DNA of 64,000 bases. Origin: Octopus vulgaris (Eukaryota). Below, in pieces: positions 1 to 12,670 of the stretch. The stretch lies in NCBI GenBank assembly GCA_951406725.2, contig OX597819.1, positions 81,778,001-81,842,000 on the forward strand, read 5' to 3'. How positions within the stretch are numbered: position 1 is the stretch's first letter; every line of letters begins with the position of its first letter. The notes beneath the pieces are model-generated. The model did no database searches. It was given only the letters and a program-made list of their open reading frames with translations, and was not told where the DNA came from. Position numbers and translations under genes: made by a program.

Positions 1-174
1 GATGGCTCTTACTCTAGATGTTGGACAAGGTGGGGGGAACTGTGATTGATTGTAATTTACTGAATAAAATATGTATTAAAGCTCTATGCTAGCTGGCAAG
101 CATTTTTGCAGATCTTTGTTTCAGGTGATGACAAAATTTCCACAACTACCTTACCACCACCACCACTCCCAAGT

Positions 175-2790
175 ACTCAATCTCAGAGCTGCTACCATCA
201 ATGTTGGCACAATGAAAGCAAGGAGTGGGGAGATTATTGAAATGTTGGCATGATGCCATGTTGACGTATGTGGTGTACAAGAAGTAAGATGGAGGGGAGC
301 CTCAGCTAGATTCCTCATGAATAAGAGACAGAGATTCAAATTCTTCTGGGTTGGCAGGAATGATGGAGTGGGTGGAGTAAGCATACTGTTAGCAGAAAAG
401 TAGGTAGATAAAGTAATTGAGATAGTCAGAATATGTGACAGGGTAATTAAGATTAATTGTCATAGGTAAATTAACAGTTACATTTATCTCTGCCTATGCT
501 CTTCAGTCTCGGCTGAATAGTGAGCAGAAGGACCAATTTTATGAGATACTTTTGCTGACCACCTCAACAACAAATAACAAAGATTTTGTTATTGTGGTTG
601 GAGACTTCAATGGACATGCTGGACAGCACCCCAATGGATTCCAGGGAGTGCATGGGGGCTATTGTTTTGGATCTAGAAGAGGGAACAAGACTGCTGGAAT
701 TCTGTGATGCAAATGATCTCATGATCTGCAACACTAACTTCAAAAAACCAGCCAGCCAGCCACCTAATCACTTATCAGTTGGTGAGCACATAAGTCAGAT
801 TGACAACCTCCTCACCAGGCAGCGAGATAGATGGTTGCTTAAAAATGCAAAGTCTTTCCCAGGTGAAGAGTGTACAACCCAACATAGGTTACTAGTAAGT
901 GACTTCAGAATTAGAGCTAGAAAGACTTGGAGAAATAAACCAATCTGCTAAAGAAGACTGGAAGCTTCTGACAATAGAGAGGAAGAGTTGGGGACATACA
1001 GCTTAGAGGACAACTGGAAGTTCCTACGGGACAATTTACTGAGGGCTACAAATGAAATTTGTGGTTGGTGCAGAGTCCCAGCTAAACCAAGGAGGTTGAC
1101 TGCTATAAAAGCAAAAAGACAAACCTGGAAAGACTGGTTAAGTGGTGGAAGCAGAGAATTATATCAGGTAGCCAAAAGAGCAACTAGGTGTCAGGTATAC
1201 ATAGCAAAAGGAGTAGCTGAAGGTAAGAAATTTGCAAATGTTCTACAGCTTGAGGATCAGAGGTATGAGATGTTCAGGATTCCAAGCAGTGTATCAGAGA
1301 AAATCGATATATGGTAGGTGAGAAATGTGTGTAAATGGATAATGGTATGCTTGCACTTAGTGACTCAGAGAAGAAAGATGCATGGAAGTGTCACTATGAA
1401 AGGTTACTAAATGTGGAAAATGAATGGGAGGAGAGTTTACCAAATATCAAACCAATTGAGGGACCAGCCATGAGTTAATACAGAGGTATTAAACTGCTAG
1501 ACTAAGTCATGAAAATTACTGAGAGGGTTATAGCTTAATTGATTAGATATAGAATTAAACTAGATGAGATGCAGTTTGGTTTTGTACCTGGGAAGAGTAC
1601 CAAAGATGCCATCCTCCTAGTGAAACAGCTGCAGGAAAAATACTTGGCCAAAAGTAAGCCACTGTATTTAGCCTTCATTGACCAGGAGAAAGCTTTTGAC
1701 AGAGTTTCCCGCTCTGTTATATGGTGGTCTCTAAGGAAGTTAGGAGTAGAGGAGTGGCTTGTTAGAGCTGTCCAAACCATGTACAGTGATGAATTTAGTG
1801 TTCAGGTAAGAGTTCACCACGGCTCGGTTCACAGACCACTCTTATTCATTATAGTCCTCCATGCCATAACAGGAGTTCATAACTGGGTGTCTGTGGGAAC
1901 TGTTTTAAGCCCTTGTTCTTTTTGCAGAATCTTTAGCAGAATTGGAGAAGAAATTCTAGGTATGGAAACAAAACCTGGAATCAAAGGGCCTTAAGTAGTT
2001 GGTAGTAAGAAAGAAGATAAAACACTCTTTCTGTCCGGTAAATGGCCCTACTCAATATGAAGGAAAAGAGTTGGAAGAAATTCCATTCGCTGCACCCAGT
2101 GTAAGCTATGGACACATAAGCAGTGCAGTGGAATTTACAGGTGGATTAATAGATAAAGTTATCTTTGTATGTGGCAGAAGTGCAGGAACAAAAAGCATGG
2201 GACTTAGAGTCTCTCAAATACTCAGGAGGCTCTCTTGAGGTTGAAGATAATTTCTGTTACCTAGGTGACCAAATAAGCAATGCGGGATGATGCTCTGAAA
2301 GTATCCTCTCCAGAATAAGATTTGGGTGGAGGAAGTTCAAAGAGCTATTACCACTGTTGGCAACAAAAAAAAACTGTCTCTCAGAGTAAAAGGCAGACTA
2401 TATGATGCTTGTGAGACATGGGCTCTGAATGCAGAAGATGTGTAGACTGAAGAGAAACAGTGGTATGCTCTGGAGGATGTGTAACATCAGTGCACATCTA
2501 TGGCAAAGTGCAAATGTATCGAGAGAAAAGTGGAACATTAGAGGAATCAAATCTAGCATGCAAGAGAGAAGACTACATTGGTTTGGACATCATGTGATGC
2601 ATATGAATAAGGAGAGCTGCATAAAGAAGTGATCACTGAAAGTGGATGGAACCCGTGAAAGAGAGAGACCCAGGATGATGTGGATGAAATGGTAAGGACC
2701 AATCTCACAAAGTTGGGCCTCACAGAGGAAATGACAATGGACCAAGATGAAGTTCTTGAGAAGACCAGCCCACGTCAGCGAAACTGAGTT
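175..2790 (+). mobile_element. Degraded RTE-clade LINE (APE endonuclease + reverse transcriptase fragments)
   Basis: Frameshifted fragments: 'NVGTMK..VQEVRW' and 'VGDFNGH', 'LLEFCDANDLMICNTNF...QHRLLV' (APE); 'QFGFVPGKSTKDAI...LYLAFIDQEKAFDRV' (RT); 'RRLHWFGHHVM' (RTE C-terminus). Many stops and deletions. Confidence 0.9.
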
Positions 2791-3099
2791 CTAGAAGCGC
2801 TGTATATTCCACCCAAACTTAAGTAGACTTCTCACAAACTACCACAGCAAACCAAACTACATCTCTACACTTCCTCATATTTCTGCTTCATGCACTAAGT
2901 TTACCTCCCACCCCCCGATCCTATCCTCTTGGCCCTGTGCCACTGTATCATTGCTTTCAGCTTGCTCCCAACCTGTGTTCTACCCACACACCCCATCTCA
3001 CTGTATTATCGATATCTGCTAGCCCCCGACCTGAGTGTTCCACCCACACATAACAAGAAAAGTTTCCCTCACCCTACCCCCAAAAAACCAATTTACATC

Positions 3100-3256
3100 T
3101 CCGGCGTTAGGAAGGGCATCCAGCTGTAGAAACATTGCCAAATTTAGACTGGAGCCTGGTGCAGCCTTCTGGCTTCCCAGAACCCCGGTCGAACCGTCCA
3201 ACCCATGCTAGCATGGAGAACGGACGTTAAACGACGATGATGATGATGATGATGAC
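3100..3256 (+). mobile_element. RTE-tail SINE 3' fragment ending in (GAT)n
   Basis: ggcgttaggaagggcatccagctgtagaaac...cccatgctagcatggagaacggacgttaaac(gat)n; same family at ~3790-4068, ~5220-5530, 6365-6790 (-) and 7850-8276 (+). Confidence 0.8.
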
Positions 3257-3789
3257 ATCATTCCTCTTTCTCACATTTCCTCCTTCATACACTATGCCAA
3301 GTTCTTGCTTCCCAGTCCTGTCCTCATGGCCCTCTTCCTTTGTATCATTGCTATCCGGTAGCCCAACCAATCTATATATACCCAGGTTTTTCACCAACTA
3401 CTCGCACTCTTTAATCACACATCCTTCGTAATATCCTGCCACTTATATTATGGCATTGGAACCTCAAGGGTATGCCCTGGCACTTGCCACTATCTATATC
3501 TCTCTCTTTTACTCAACCATCCCATTTATATTCTGATCTCTGTTCCTTGTGGTATTTTGCCACCATCTCTATCCTGCTGTCTTTCACTCTCTCTCTCCTT
3601 CTCCTGCACTTCACTTAGGTTGAGTAACTGTGTATTTCCTTTGCAGCAGCGCACCCATTCCTGTCTTCATTCCTAATCTCTCTCTCTCCAGCCGAGTAAC
3701 CTTGTACTTCCTCTACAGCAAGATACCTGTATCTGTCCAACTATAATTTTTCATCATCCAACACAAGATCACTTCCTCTCCTCTTGAAT

Positions 3790-4068
3790 TTTTTAAAAAA
3801 TGTTTTGCTGTCTTGCAAGTACTTGGTGACCCTGTCAGTGCCACTTAAAAGCACCCAGTCCACACTGTGAAGTGCTTGGTGTTTGGAAGGGCATCCAGCC
3901 GTAAAAACCTTGTTAAAACTGACCTCAACTGTGCTTGTGCCAAATAAAAAGCACTAAGTCCACTCTGCTGAGTAGTTACTGTTAGGAAGAGTATCTAGCA
4001 GTAAACATTTTGCCAAAACCGTCCCACTCATGCTAGTATGGAAGGCAGACATTAAATGATGATGATGA
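3790..4068 (+). mobile_element. Diverged RTE-tail SINE with internal subrepeat
   Basis: Two 'aaaagcac...ccacac...ggaagggcatccagc' units, then 'catgctagtatggaaggcagacattaaatgatgatgatg'. Confidence 0.65.
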
Positions 4069-4883
4069 AAGCAAAATGTTTTCAGGGGCCCTTAAAATAC
4101 TATTGGGGATCCCCAATTTACTATTTTGTTACATAGACCCCACAAAACCTTATACGAACCCTGGTTGAGAACCACTGTACTTGATCAATTCAATTTCTTA
4201 CACTCTAGAAAATATGGCCTTCATGCCCCTCCCCCCTGCTAGATTCTATGATGCTTTAACATTCTGAGGCCAGATCTTTCCAAGAATTTTTCCTTGATTC
4301 AAGTATCTTCTGTTGTCAGAATACATTTCCACCAAACAAATGTTATCTTTTGTTGATATCAATGCAGCTGCCATACTTAAATGTTATCAACTGTTGCTTT
4401 TAATGTTATCAACACTCCTGGATCACTTGTGTCTTGTCTTTCATGAAAGTTAACATTACACATCTAACTACTTAACGAATCCACTTCTTTCTGGCTTCTG
4501 CATATTCTCCTTAATCCAAGTTTGTGTGTTACAATCATCACACTTCTTAAACAGCCTTCATACAATGTTCAGCAGCAGCACAATGAAAGAAATTGCTTTG
4601 CTGTCAACAGAATAACACTATTTCAATTTCTTTCAGTAACTACTATGCTTTCACTACAGCCAGTTTTAGCATTATGTTCTCTTCATAACAAACCATCTAC
4701 ACTTTCTGGCCAGCTAGCTGAGCAATTCATGGGGTTATCGTATTGTTAAACATATCAAAATAGATCCCCACTTGCTTGTGAATCTACCAATGCAATTCTT
4801 GTGTATTTATCAATCTATTCCTAACATAATGACATGATGATTACATAAAAGTTCAATATAGGTATATAGAATTCATTACTTAC

Positions 4884-5040
4884 TTTCTTTTGAATCATTT
4901 GAATCAATTACTGGACCTTTTGCTTTGGTCTGTTTAGATTTTGGTTCTAATTGTGTTTTATTAGGGCCATTGGGCAAAAGAGAATAAAGCTGCTCAAACA
5001 GTTCATTGTCTTCTTCAATATTTGGTAAATTGATAGCCAT
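4884..5040 (-). CDS. Probable coding exon (157 bp) of an unidentified host gene: MAINLPNIEEDNELFEQLYSLLPNGPNKTQLEPKSKQTKAKGPVIDSNDSKE
   Basis: Minus strand: pyrimidine-rich acceptor cttatttgtttctgtttcAG directly before ATGGCT, open frame, consensus donor AAA|GTAAGT at 4883. Non-repetitive; product not recognised. Confidence 0.65.
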
Positions 5041-5219
5041 CTGAAACAGAAACAAATAAGTAATATATAAATAGTTCATTACATCATATATCAATATTAT
5101 TCAATATGCACTTTGGTAATGGAGTGAAAATGAATATTAGATATCTAAAAAAAAAATTAAAAAAATAAAGATATTTACTAGTTACGAGGATTGCAGCATT
5201 AAGTTGTGCTAATCTCTAA

Positions 5220-5530
5220 AGGTAGAGGAAACCTTTGGAAGAGATAAGCCCAGGAAGACATAGGATGAGGAGGTGAAGCATGTCAGGTCTCATGGAGGTG
5301 ATGACAAGTGATCAAGACTTTTGGCGATTTGCTGTGCTTGAGAAGACACACCAAGCCAAGTGAAATCATGGTTGTGGCCAGTGCTGGTGACACATAAAAG
5401 GTATCCACTACATTCTTGGAAGGGCATCATCCAGCCAAATCAAACTGGAGTCTGGAACAGCTCTCTGGCTTACCAGTCCAAGTCAAACCCATGCCAGCAT
5501 GAAAAACGAACGCTAAATGATGATGATCAT
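5220..5530 (+). mobile_element. RTE LINE 3' end with (GAT)n tail
   Basis: 'RGRGKPRKTW'-like end, 'gagaagac...aagccaagtga', and tail 'cccatgccagcatgaaaaacgaacgctaaatgatgatgat'. Confidence 0.65.
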
Positions 5531-5872
5531 GTTTGCATAAAAACTAATCAAAGTGATTCCAGTAAATATCCTCTTCCAACATTCTTTCACTCCCAGAGTT
5601 TCCACTTCAATCTTTTCTCTTCCATCATATCACACATGTTGTTTCTATTGAACCACCCCCCAACAATCACTTTTTCTCTTCCCACACCTTCTCAGTAATT
5701 GGTGAAATGAAGGATATTTAGCAACAGAAAACATGCCAAAAAATAAAATAATTATGAAGGGTTATATGGGATGCTTAAACTACAATTTTGCCGATAGCTT
5801 TGGCTTATTTTTAATTCAAAACGAAAAGTACTTCGCAAACAGTACTGGGGTTTGTTTGATACTGAACATTTT

Positions 5873-8766
5873 GGTACTTGTCAATTGTCGTGGTCCTGGT
5901 TTTGCACACGCGAATTTGCGCGTGCGCGCGCGCCAGACGTAGGTACTCGATACTCGAGATCCTACGAGGTGACTTGCGCATGCGCAGTGCAGAATTCGCG
6001 CGTGCGCGTTAAACCCCCCTTAAAAAAAAAGGTGTTGGATTTCACTAAAAATATATATGTGTGTGTGTGTGTGTGTATATAACATTTTCAATTTTACACA
6101 AAAAAATTACATAGTCGCTTTCCTCGCGGATTTACAGAGAAATGAATTAATTACTATTTTACAGAATAAAATTAATGAATTAATTATATAAATTAAATAA
6201 TTCTTGAAAATTAATTAATATTAATAATATTTTTTGAACAAAGTAAATAATTTATAAAACTTGGTTAATAATTTTTTTTACACAAACGCGAACGTATATA
6301 ATTTGTGAAACTTTTTTTTTTACAGACGTATATAATTTGGTAAACTTAATGAATTAATTTCTTCTCATCATCATCATCGTTTAACGTCCGTTCTCCATGC
6401 CAGCATGGGTTGGACGGTTCGACCGGGGATCTGGGAAGCCAGAAGGCTGCACCAGACTCCAGTCTTATCTGGCAATGTTTCTACAGCTGGATGCCCTTCC
6501 TAACGCCAACCACTCCGAGAGTGTAGTGGGTGCTTTTTACATGCCACCCGCACAGGTGCCAGGCGAGGCTGGCAACGGCCACGGTCGGATTGGTGCCAGT
6601 CGAGGCGGCTCTGGCATCGGCCACGATTCGGATAGTGCTTTTTACGTACCACCAGTCCAGGGGTCCTGGCATTTGCCGGGTGCCACACTTGCCCCAACAT
6701 GTCTTCGCAAGCAAAGGGGGTTGGCATGGGTGCCTGTCGTGGGATGAGGTTCGATATCAACTTCGCTTGCCTCAACAGGTCTTTGTGTATAAATGTATAA
6801 ATTTTTCGCACTAAATTCTTTCCGTAGAATTTATCAAAAAACGCGCAAAATTATTCCGTAGACTTTATCAAATTAAAAAACGCAAAATTAATATATTTTT
6901 TGAAATTGCAAATTATTTAGAATATAAAACAAATTAAGTTAAATTTTAAAAATAAATGTCATATACTTATACTCTGTAAGGTGCTGTGTTCACACTTCAA
7001 TTTACTATTTTCTAGAAATGTTGCTTTTCTAATTGAAACAATTTTTCTCAATCTCCATTTAAAAGTCCATAATGCCTCTTGAGCCATATCAAAATGAACA
7101 ACTTTGAATTACCCGGTGGTGGTGGTGGTGGTGGTGGTGGTGTGAGGTTCTAATTTTTTTTCTGATCTCTCTTTGCCCCCTCTTTATCTCAGTTGTTCAT
7201 TCAGCTAATATTTAGAAAAATTTTCGCGCCCAATTTTTGTTGTCGCGGGAAAAGATGAACGATTTAAAATAAATATATCTTAATTGTAGTGTGAGAAAGT
7301 ATATATATTCTGATGACAAAATATATTATCTTTCAAAAACATCCCAAATTTATAGACTATATCGTGTAGGTTTAAGAAATATATATATATATATAGATAT
7401 ATATATATACATATATAGTAGAGAATGAAACATCTTTCATCTGTCTCCCCACCACACCTCCATCTAGGGGGGGGGGCAAAGAGAGATCAGAAAAAAAATT
7501 AGAACCTCACACCACCACCACCACCGGGTAATTCAAAGTTGTTCATTTTGATATGGCTCAAGAGGCATTATGGACTTTTAAATGGAGATTGAGAAAAATT
7601 GTTTCAATTAGAAAAGCAACATTTCTAGAAAATAGTAAATTGAAGTGTGAACACAGCACCTTACAGAGTATAAGTATATGACATTTATTTTTAAAATTTA
7701 ACTTAATTTGTTTTATATTCTAAATAATTTGCAATTTCAAAAAATATATTAATTTTGCGTTTTTTAATTTGATAAAGTCTACGGAATAATTTTGCGCATT
7801 TTTTGATAAATTCTACGGAAAGAATTTAGTGCGAAAAATTTATACATTTATACACAAAGACCTGTTGAGGCAAGCGAAGTTGATATCGAACCTCATCCCA
7901 CGACAGGCACCCATGCCAACCCCCTTTGCTTGCGAAGACATGTTGGGGCAAGTGTGGCACCCGGCAAATGCCAGGACCCCTGGACTGGTGGTACGTAAAA
8001 AGCACTATCCGAATCGTGGCCGATGCCAGAGCCGCCTCGACTGGCACCAATCCGACCGTGGCCGTTGCCAGCCTCGCCTGGCACCTGTGCGGGTGGCATG
8101 TAAAAAGCACCCACTACACTCTCGGAGTGGTTGGCGTTAGGAAGGGCATCCAGCTGTAGAAACATTGCCAGATAAGACTGGAGTCTGGTGCAGCCTTCTG
8201 GCTTCCCAGATCCCCGGTCGAACCGTCCAACCCATGCTGGCATGGAGAACGGACGTTAAACGATGATGATGATGAGAAGAAATTAATTCATTAAGTTTAC
8301 CAAATTATATACGTCTGTAAAAAAAAAAAAGTTTCACAAATTATATACGTTCGCGTTTGTGTAAAAAAAATTATTAACCAAGTTTTATAAATTATTTACT
8401 TTGTTCAAAAAATATTATTAATATTAATTAATTTTCAAGAATTATTTAATTTATATAATTAATTCATTAATTTTATTCTGTAAAATAGTAATTAATTCAT
8501 TTCTCTGTAAATCCGCGAGGAAAGCGACTATGTAATTTTTTTGTGTAAAATTGAAAATGTTATATACACACACACACACACACATATATATTTTTAGTGA
8601 AATCCAACACCTTTTTTTTAAGGGGGGTTTAACGCGCACGCGCGAATTCTGCACTGCGCATGCGCAAGTCACCTCGTAGGATCTCGAGTATCGAGTACCT
8701 ACGTCTGACGCGCGCGCGCGCGAATTCGCGTGTGCAAAACCGGGACCACGACAATTGACAAGTACC
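5873..8766. mobile_element. Non-autonomous foldback/Mutator(MULE)-like DNA transposon with ~1.3-kb TIRs and 9-bp TSD
   Basis: Arms 5873-7180 and 7472-8766 are near-identical reverse complements (GGTACTTGTC...GACAAGTACC) around a 291-bp spacer. Perfect direct repeat GAACATTTT at 5864-5872 and 8767-8775. No transposase. Confidence 0.9.
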
Positions 8767-10059
8767 GAACATTTTTGTCCTTGTTAAAAAGTTAATATAG
8801 AGCTTCACTCGTTAACAAAAAAAAAACAACAACAAAAAACCCCAGCCTGCTGTATGTTAATAACTGTGTAGAAAACGAATATGACAAAAAAAAAAAAATA
8901 AATAAATAAAAATACTGCGCAAATGAACCTGGGAGTGTTGGGAGAGGACTTTCGGAAAATTCACAAGATCCGATTAACAGAGTAATTGAACTACTGAGCT
9001 GTTTTAATTTGAATCGAAATTAGTAAACAGTCTAACGCTGGTTATATATCAACAAGTTCAAATGTCGCAGGGAGATGATATTAACATATCTGGAGAGATG
9101 TTTCGTCTAAGAGACAGAAAGTGTTCCCCACCCCCTTTATACATGGAACTACGTCTTTTCTATAAATATAATATTAATACCAATGTGGCGTTGTCACTTT
9201 TGTGAAAGTTAATATTTACAGACAAAAGATAAATTGTAATTTTAAACAGTGGTTTAATCTGTAAAGGGATGGTTGTGTACTAAATTGAGTTTATTTCTTT
9301 CGGAAATCGTTTGTTGCTTTAGGTAGTCAATCTTTTAATTTTAGATTTTTGAATCGGTGCAGAAAGGTTCCCTAAATTTCTTTTACAGTTTATTTTTGTG
9401 TAGCCTTTTTCATTAATTTTGTAAGTTTTGTTTTACATAATAATTACTTTGAAATTCTCACAAGTAGAAAGTAACTCTATTGAAATCCTGTGTGGAACCA
9501 CGTGTTCAGAGAATTAAACAAAAATTAATAGAATGATTAAGAATTAGTGAGTATAGACTAAAACTATATTAGTAATATTTTTCAAGACGCATGTATGTAT
9601 TAGAAACTATTAGAAATAATAATCACAAGAAGGAAACTAATATAAATACACTTACATTTCGCCACGACGTCTCAACAACAACAGTATGTGAAGAATAATT
9701 GCTAGCTTCACTTGTTATAAAGAATGAACTCGTGATAACATTTCAAATCAATATAAACCTGCTTTAAAAAATAATCAAATGAAGAACCTTTTTTATGATA
9801 TAGTAATAATATTTAATGAATTTACTTTAACAAAGAAAGACAAAACAGTAAAAATGCGCAACTAAATGTTAAATGATTATTTCCCAATATTCGTAAAGAT
9901 CTACCATTGTATTGAAGGGAGATAACTTTTGTATAACATATCAACCAAGTCATTTTTATCACAGAACCTCGCAAAACACCAACTACAAGGCATACTTTCA
10001 CAAGTAAAACTAGTAAATTTGTGTGTGCTCGTGGTGGTATTTTTCGACAAAATTAATTC

Positions 10060-10140
10060 CATAAATATTGACGTCATAAGAATTTATAAAAACTTCGCGA
10101 GAACGTGAAAAATATTTTTAATTTTCGAATGGCGGAGCTT
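10060..10140. promoter_or_regulatory. Possible promoter motif cluster
   Basis: CRE palindrome TGACGTCA (10069-10076), TTCGCGAGA (~10094) and ATGGCGG (~10129) within 70 bp of unique sequence upstream of the minus-strand exon. Motif-only inference. Confidence 0.25.
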
Positions 10141-10434
10141 GAAGCAGATTAAGCTATAAATAATAGCGTGTAAATATTGAGTTTAAAAAATTCCTGGATA
10201 GAAGTTTACAAAACGAAATGATCTAATATACCTCAAAGGAAAACAAATTTGAACTTTTCGGACAGAGCACAATTGAATCCCGCTTCTTCACGCTATCCAA
10301 ACTTTCGATTAGTTGAAACGGAATTAAGTATGAGTATCAGTCTGGAGTTCAAGTCCACTTCAGTTATTTAAATGTGGTTCTCAAGGATGCTTTAAATTCT
10401 ATTACTTCTCTTAGATATCAGAAACTTGCTAGAT

Positions 10435-11117
10435 CAGTGCTTCTCAGCCGGGATCCGTATAACTCTCGGGGGTTCATATAAGATTTTTTAATTAAAATTT
10501 ACGTGCTATGAATTGCTTATACGTCTACAATATGCAAAATATTTCATTTTCTAAAACACAGTTCGGATTGTTTCGGTTTGAACGGCAGTTTTTTCTAGCG
10601 GTGTCATATGAAATTGTCACCCATAATTATGACCTTAGTATCGATCTATTGCATTTCAATCTCTTTTAGGGTTAGGGGTGGGGGGAAGGATATCTTTTTC
10701 TCTTCTCAAATGTAAATAAACCCAATCTGTTTCTTAAACGAGGGACATATTCGTACGGCACAGAATGTTTTTTTTTACCTCAAAAGACGTCATTGATTGG
10801 TTGAAATTGCAGAAATTGAAGAAAAAACAACAACAAATATCTTACAAACTATAGAATTTTCTCAATAAAGCCAAGAGAAAAAGATGTTTTATAAACACAT
10901 TCTACCAGTATACGAAGTTTAAAATTTTTTAGTTACCTAGAAATTATGTTAAAAACTGCCGTTCAAACCGAAAAGATCACACAAGGATAATATTTGATTA
11001 TAAAAATACAGTAGGATTTTTTTTTAAAATGCAGACATCAAATGGCTCTGGAGGTCCAGTAGAACAAGGTGGGAATCAAAGGGGTCCATAGGTAAAAAAA
11101 ATGGTTAAGAATCACTG
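10435..11117. mobile_element. hAT-type MITE, interrupted by a nested MITE
   Basis: Termini CAGTGCTTCTCAGCC ... GGTTAAGAATCACTG; 8-bp TSD tgctagat/agctagat (7/8). A similar right end (ggttgagaaccactg) lies at ~4163-4177. Confidence 0.7.
10566..10978. mobile_element. ~410-bp MITE nested in the hAT MITE
   Basis: TIRs gat(tg)tttcggtttgaacggcagttttt / aaaaactgccgttcaaaccgaaa(ag)atc; no clear TSD. Confidence 0.75.
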
Positions 11118-12555
11118 AGCTAGATGATTGAATACATCAGTGCAAAGGTTTCAATTCGGGTGATGGTTCCGAACATGGCAGGTTTGAAGTTAACCTGTTT
11201 GGCTCCACTGGAAGTATCCGATAACGTAAAATCAACTAAGTTTTTAGCTTACCTTTCCTCAAAGTAGGATTTGATTAAAAAACATATTGGTTTGCTCTGA
11301 AGTAAAGGGTTATGGCCATACCCTTTGCATGCTGTCTGAGACTAATGAGATCGACGCGGTCAACAGTTGGAAGTCTACGGCAACAGAAAAGAAACGGGTG
11401 GGGGAGGGGAAACCAGGTATAGAAAGCCAGAAAATTGACGTTCTAGGAACGAAAGAGAGAATGAATGAATGAAAGAAGGAAGGAAGGAAGAAAGGAAAGA
11501 TAATGCATAATGGTTAGAGTAGCCCTGTGGAAGTAACACCCATGAATGAGAGGAGGAAAGACGGGTGGGTTGCAAGTGCCTGAGTGGATGCGGCGCAAGA
11601 TCAACCAGCCCCTATAGTATGATAGAAGCTGAGAAAGGAGACAAAATGTATGTGAACCGGAATCTGTTTGTAGTCGACTTCGTACCAATTAATCGGTCAG
11701 TCTTCTTTGAATGTGGTCCTGGAGTGTCTCCGTGTGTAGCAATAGTACCATCCTCGATGTTCTTATTGTTTTCCAATATGATTTTGCCTGACTTTTGCAG
11801 AGAGTTAGTTGTTGGGGCACGAAAGAGGAAACCTAATCTTTGGGATGCAGTTTTTGAGAAGAGGAGTAAAGTAGAATAGAATTCTGTAAACATAGTTGAA
11901 ATCCTCTTAGCAAGAGACAAAAAAGCTCCACTGCAATTGGAGGCTATATGATGCACTGTTTGCATGAGGGTCATACAGGAATTGCAGTGCTAGGTAAATG
12001 CACTCCATGTTGTATTGGCGAATGATTTACCGCAAGGGTAGTAGGCCTGAATTGCTTGCACGGCTGTGAATAAAATACCTGTCCCTCTACAATCCATTCA
12101 AAAAATAGTTTTGCTTGTTTGGGGCATGCCGAAGGGAAAAATTTCAGTCACTCGTCTAGTCATTTTTGATGGGTCATTTGCTATAGGAATTGTTAGAACA
12201 GAACTGAAGATGCTTAGGCTAGTCAACTGACTTGAAGTGATTCAAAGTCTGGAAAGTAGAGGAGGGGTTGATGAGTAGTATATGAAGCATACTACACAAT
12301 CGCAAATAGAAGGCAGTAGTCAATATGAGTCTAGCAGGTTTATTATCATTATTATTGGCGAGTTGGGAGAACCGTTTGCGCACCGGACAAAATACTTAGT
12401 GGCATTTCTTCCGGCTTCAGGTGTTCCATTAATTGATAAGTTAAAAGACATAATAAATACACAAACAAACGGAAAACAGTTCTATATTCAAGAGATGAGG
12501 AATTATGTATATTATTTACACTTGACGGATATTTGTCCTCATCTTGTTTGTTTTT

Positions 12556-12601
12556 AACACAACGTTTCGGCTGACATACCCTCCAGCCTTCATCAGGTGT
12601 C
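12556..12601 (-). ncRNA. Minimal type I hammerhead ribozyme motif
   Basis: GACAC-CTGATGA-A-GGCTG(loop)CAGCC-GAAACGTT-GTGTT: intact core, stems I and II, palindromic ACGT stem III. Confidence 0.75.
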
Positions 12602-12670
12602 TTGGGGAAATTTCGAACGTGGGTTCCCATTCCTAAGGTATCTTTCGATGTTATTATTATTATTATTATT

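Noticed and set aside
6397-8243. Duplicated ORF sets in the two foldback arms
   Set aside because: Spurious frames within a GC-rich SINE; no transposase or other domain.
5873-8766. Inverted repeat as an assembly artefact
   Set aside because: Arms differ at several sites and the unit is bounded by a perfect 9-bp TSD.
11253-12260. 120-aa ORF (11612-11974) and donor-like AG|GTAAG at 11253 as a host gene
   Set aside because: In-frame stops nearby and no recognisable domain; more likely a decayed retroelement, but unclassifiable by eye.
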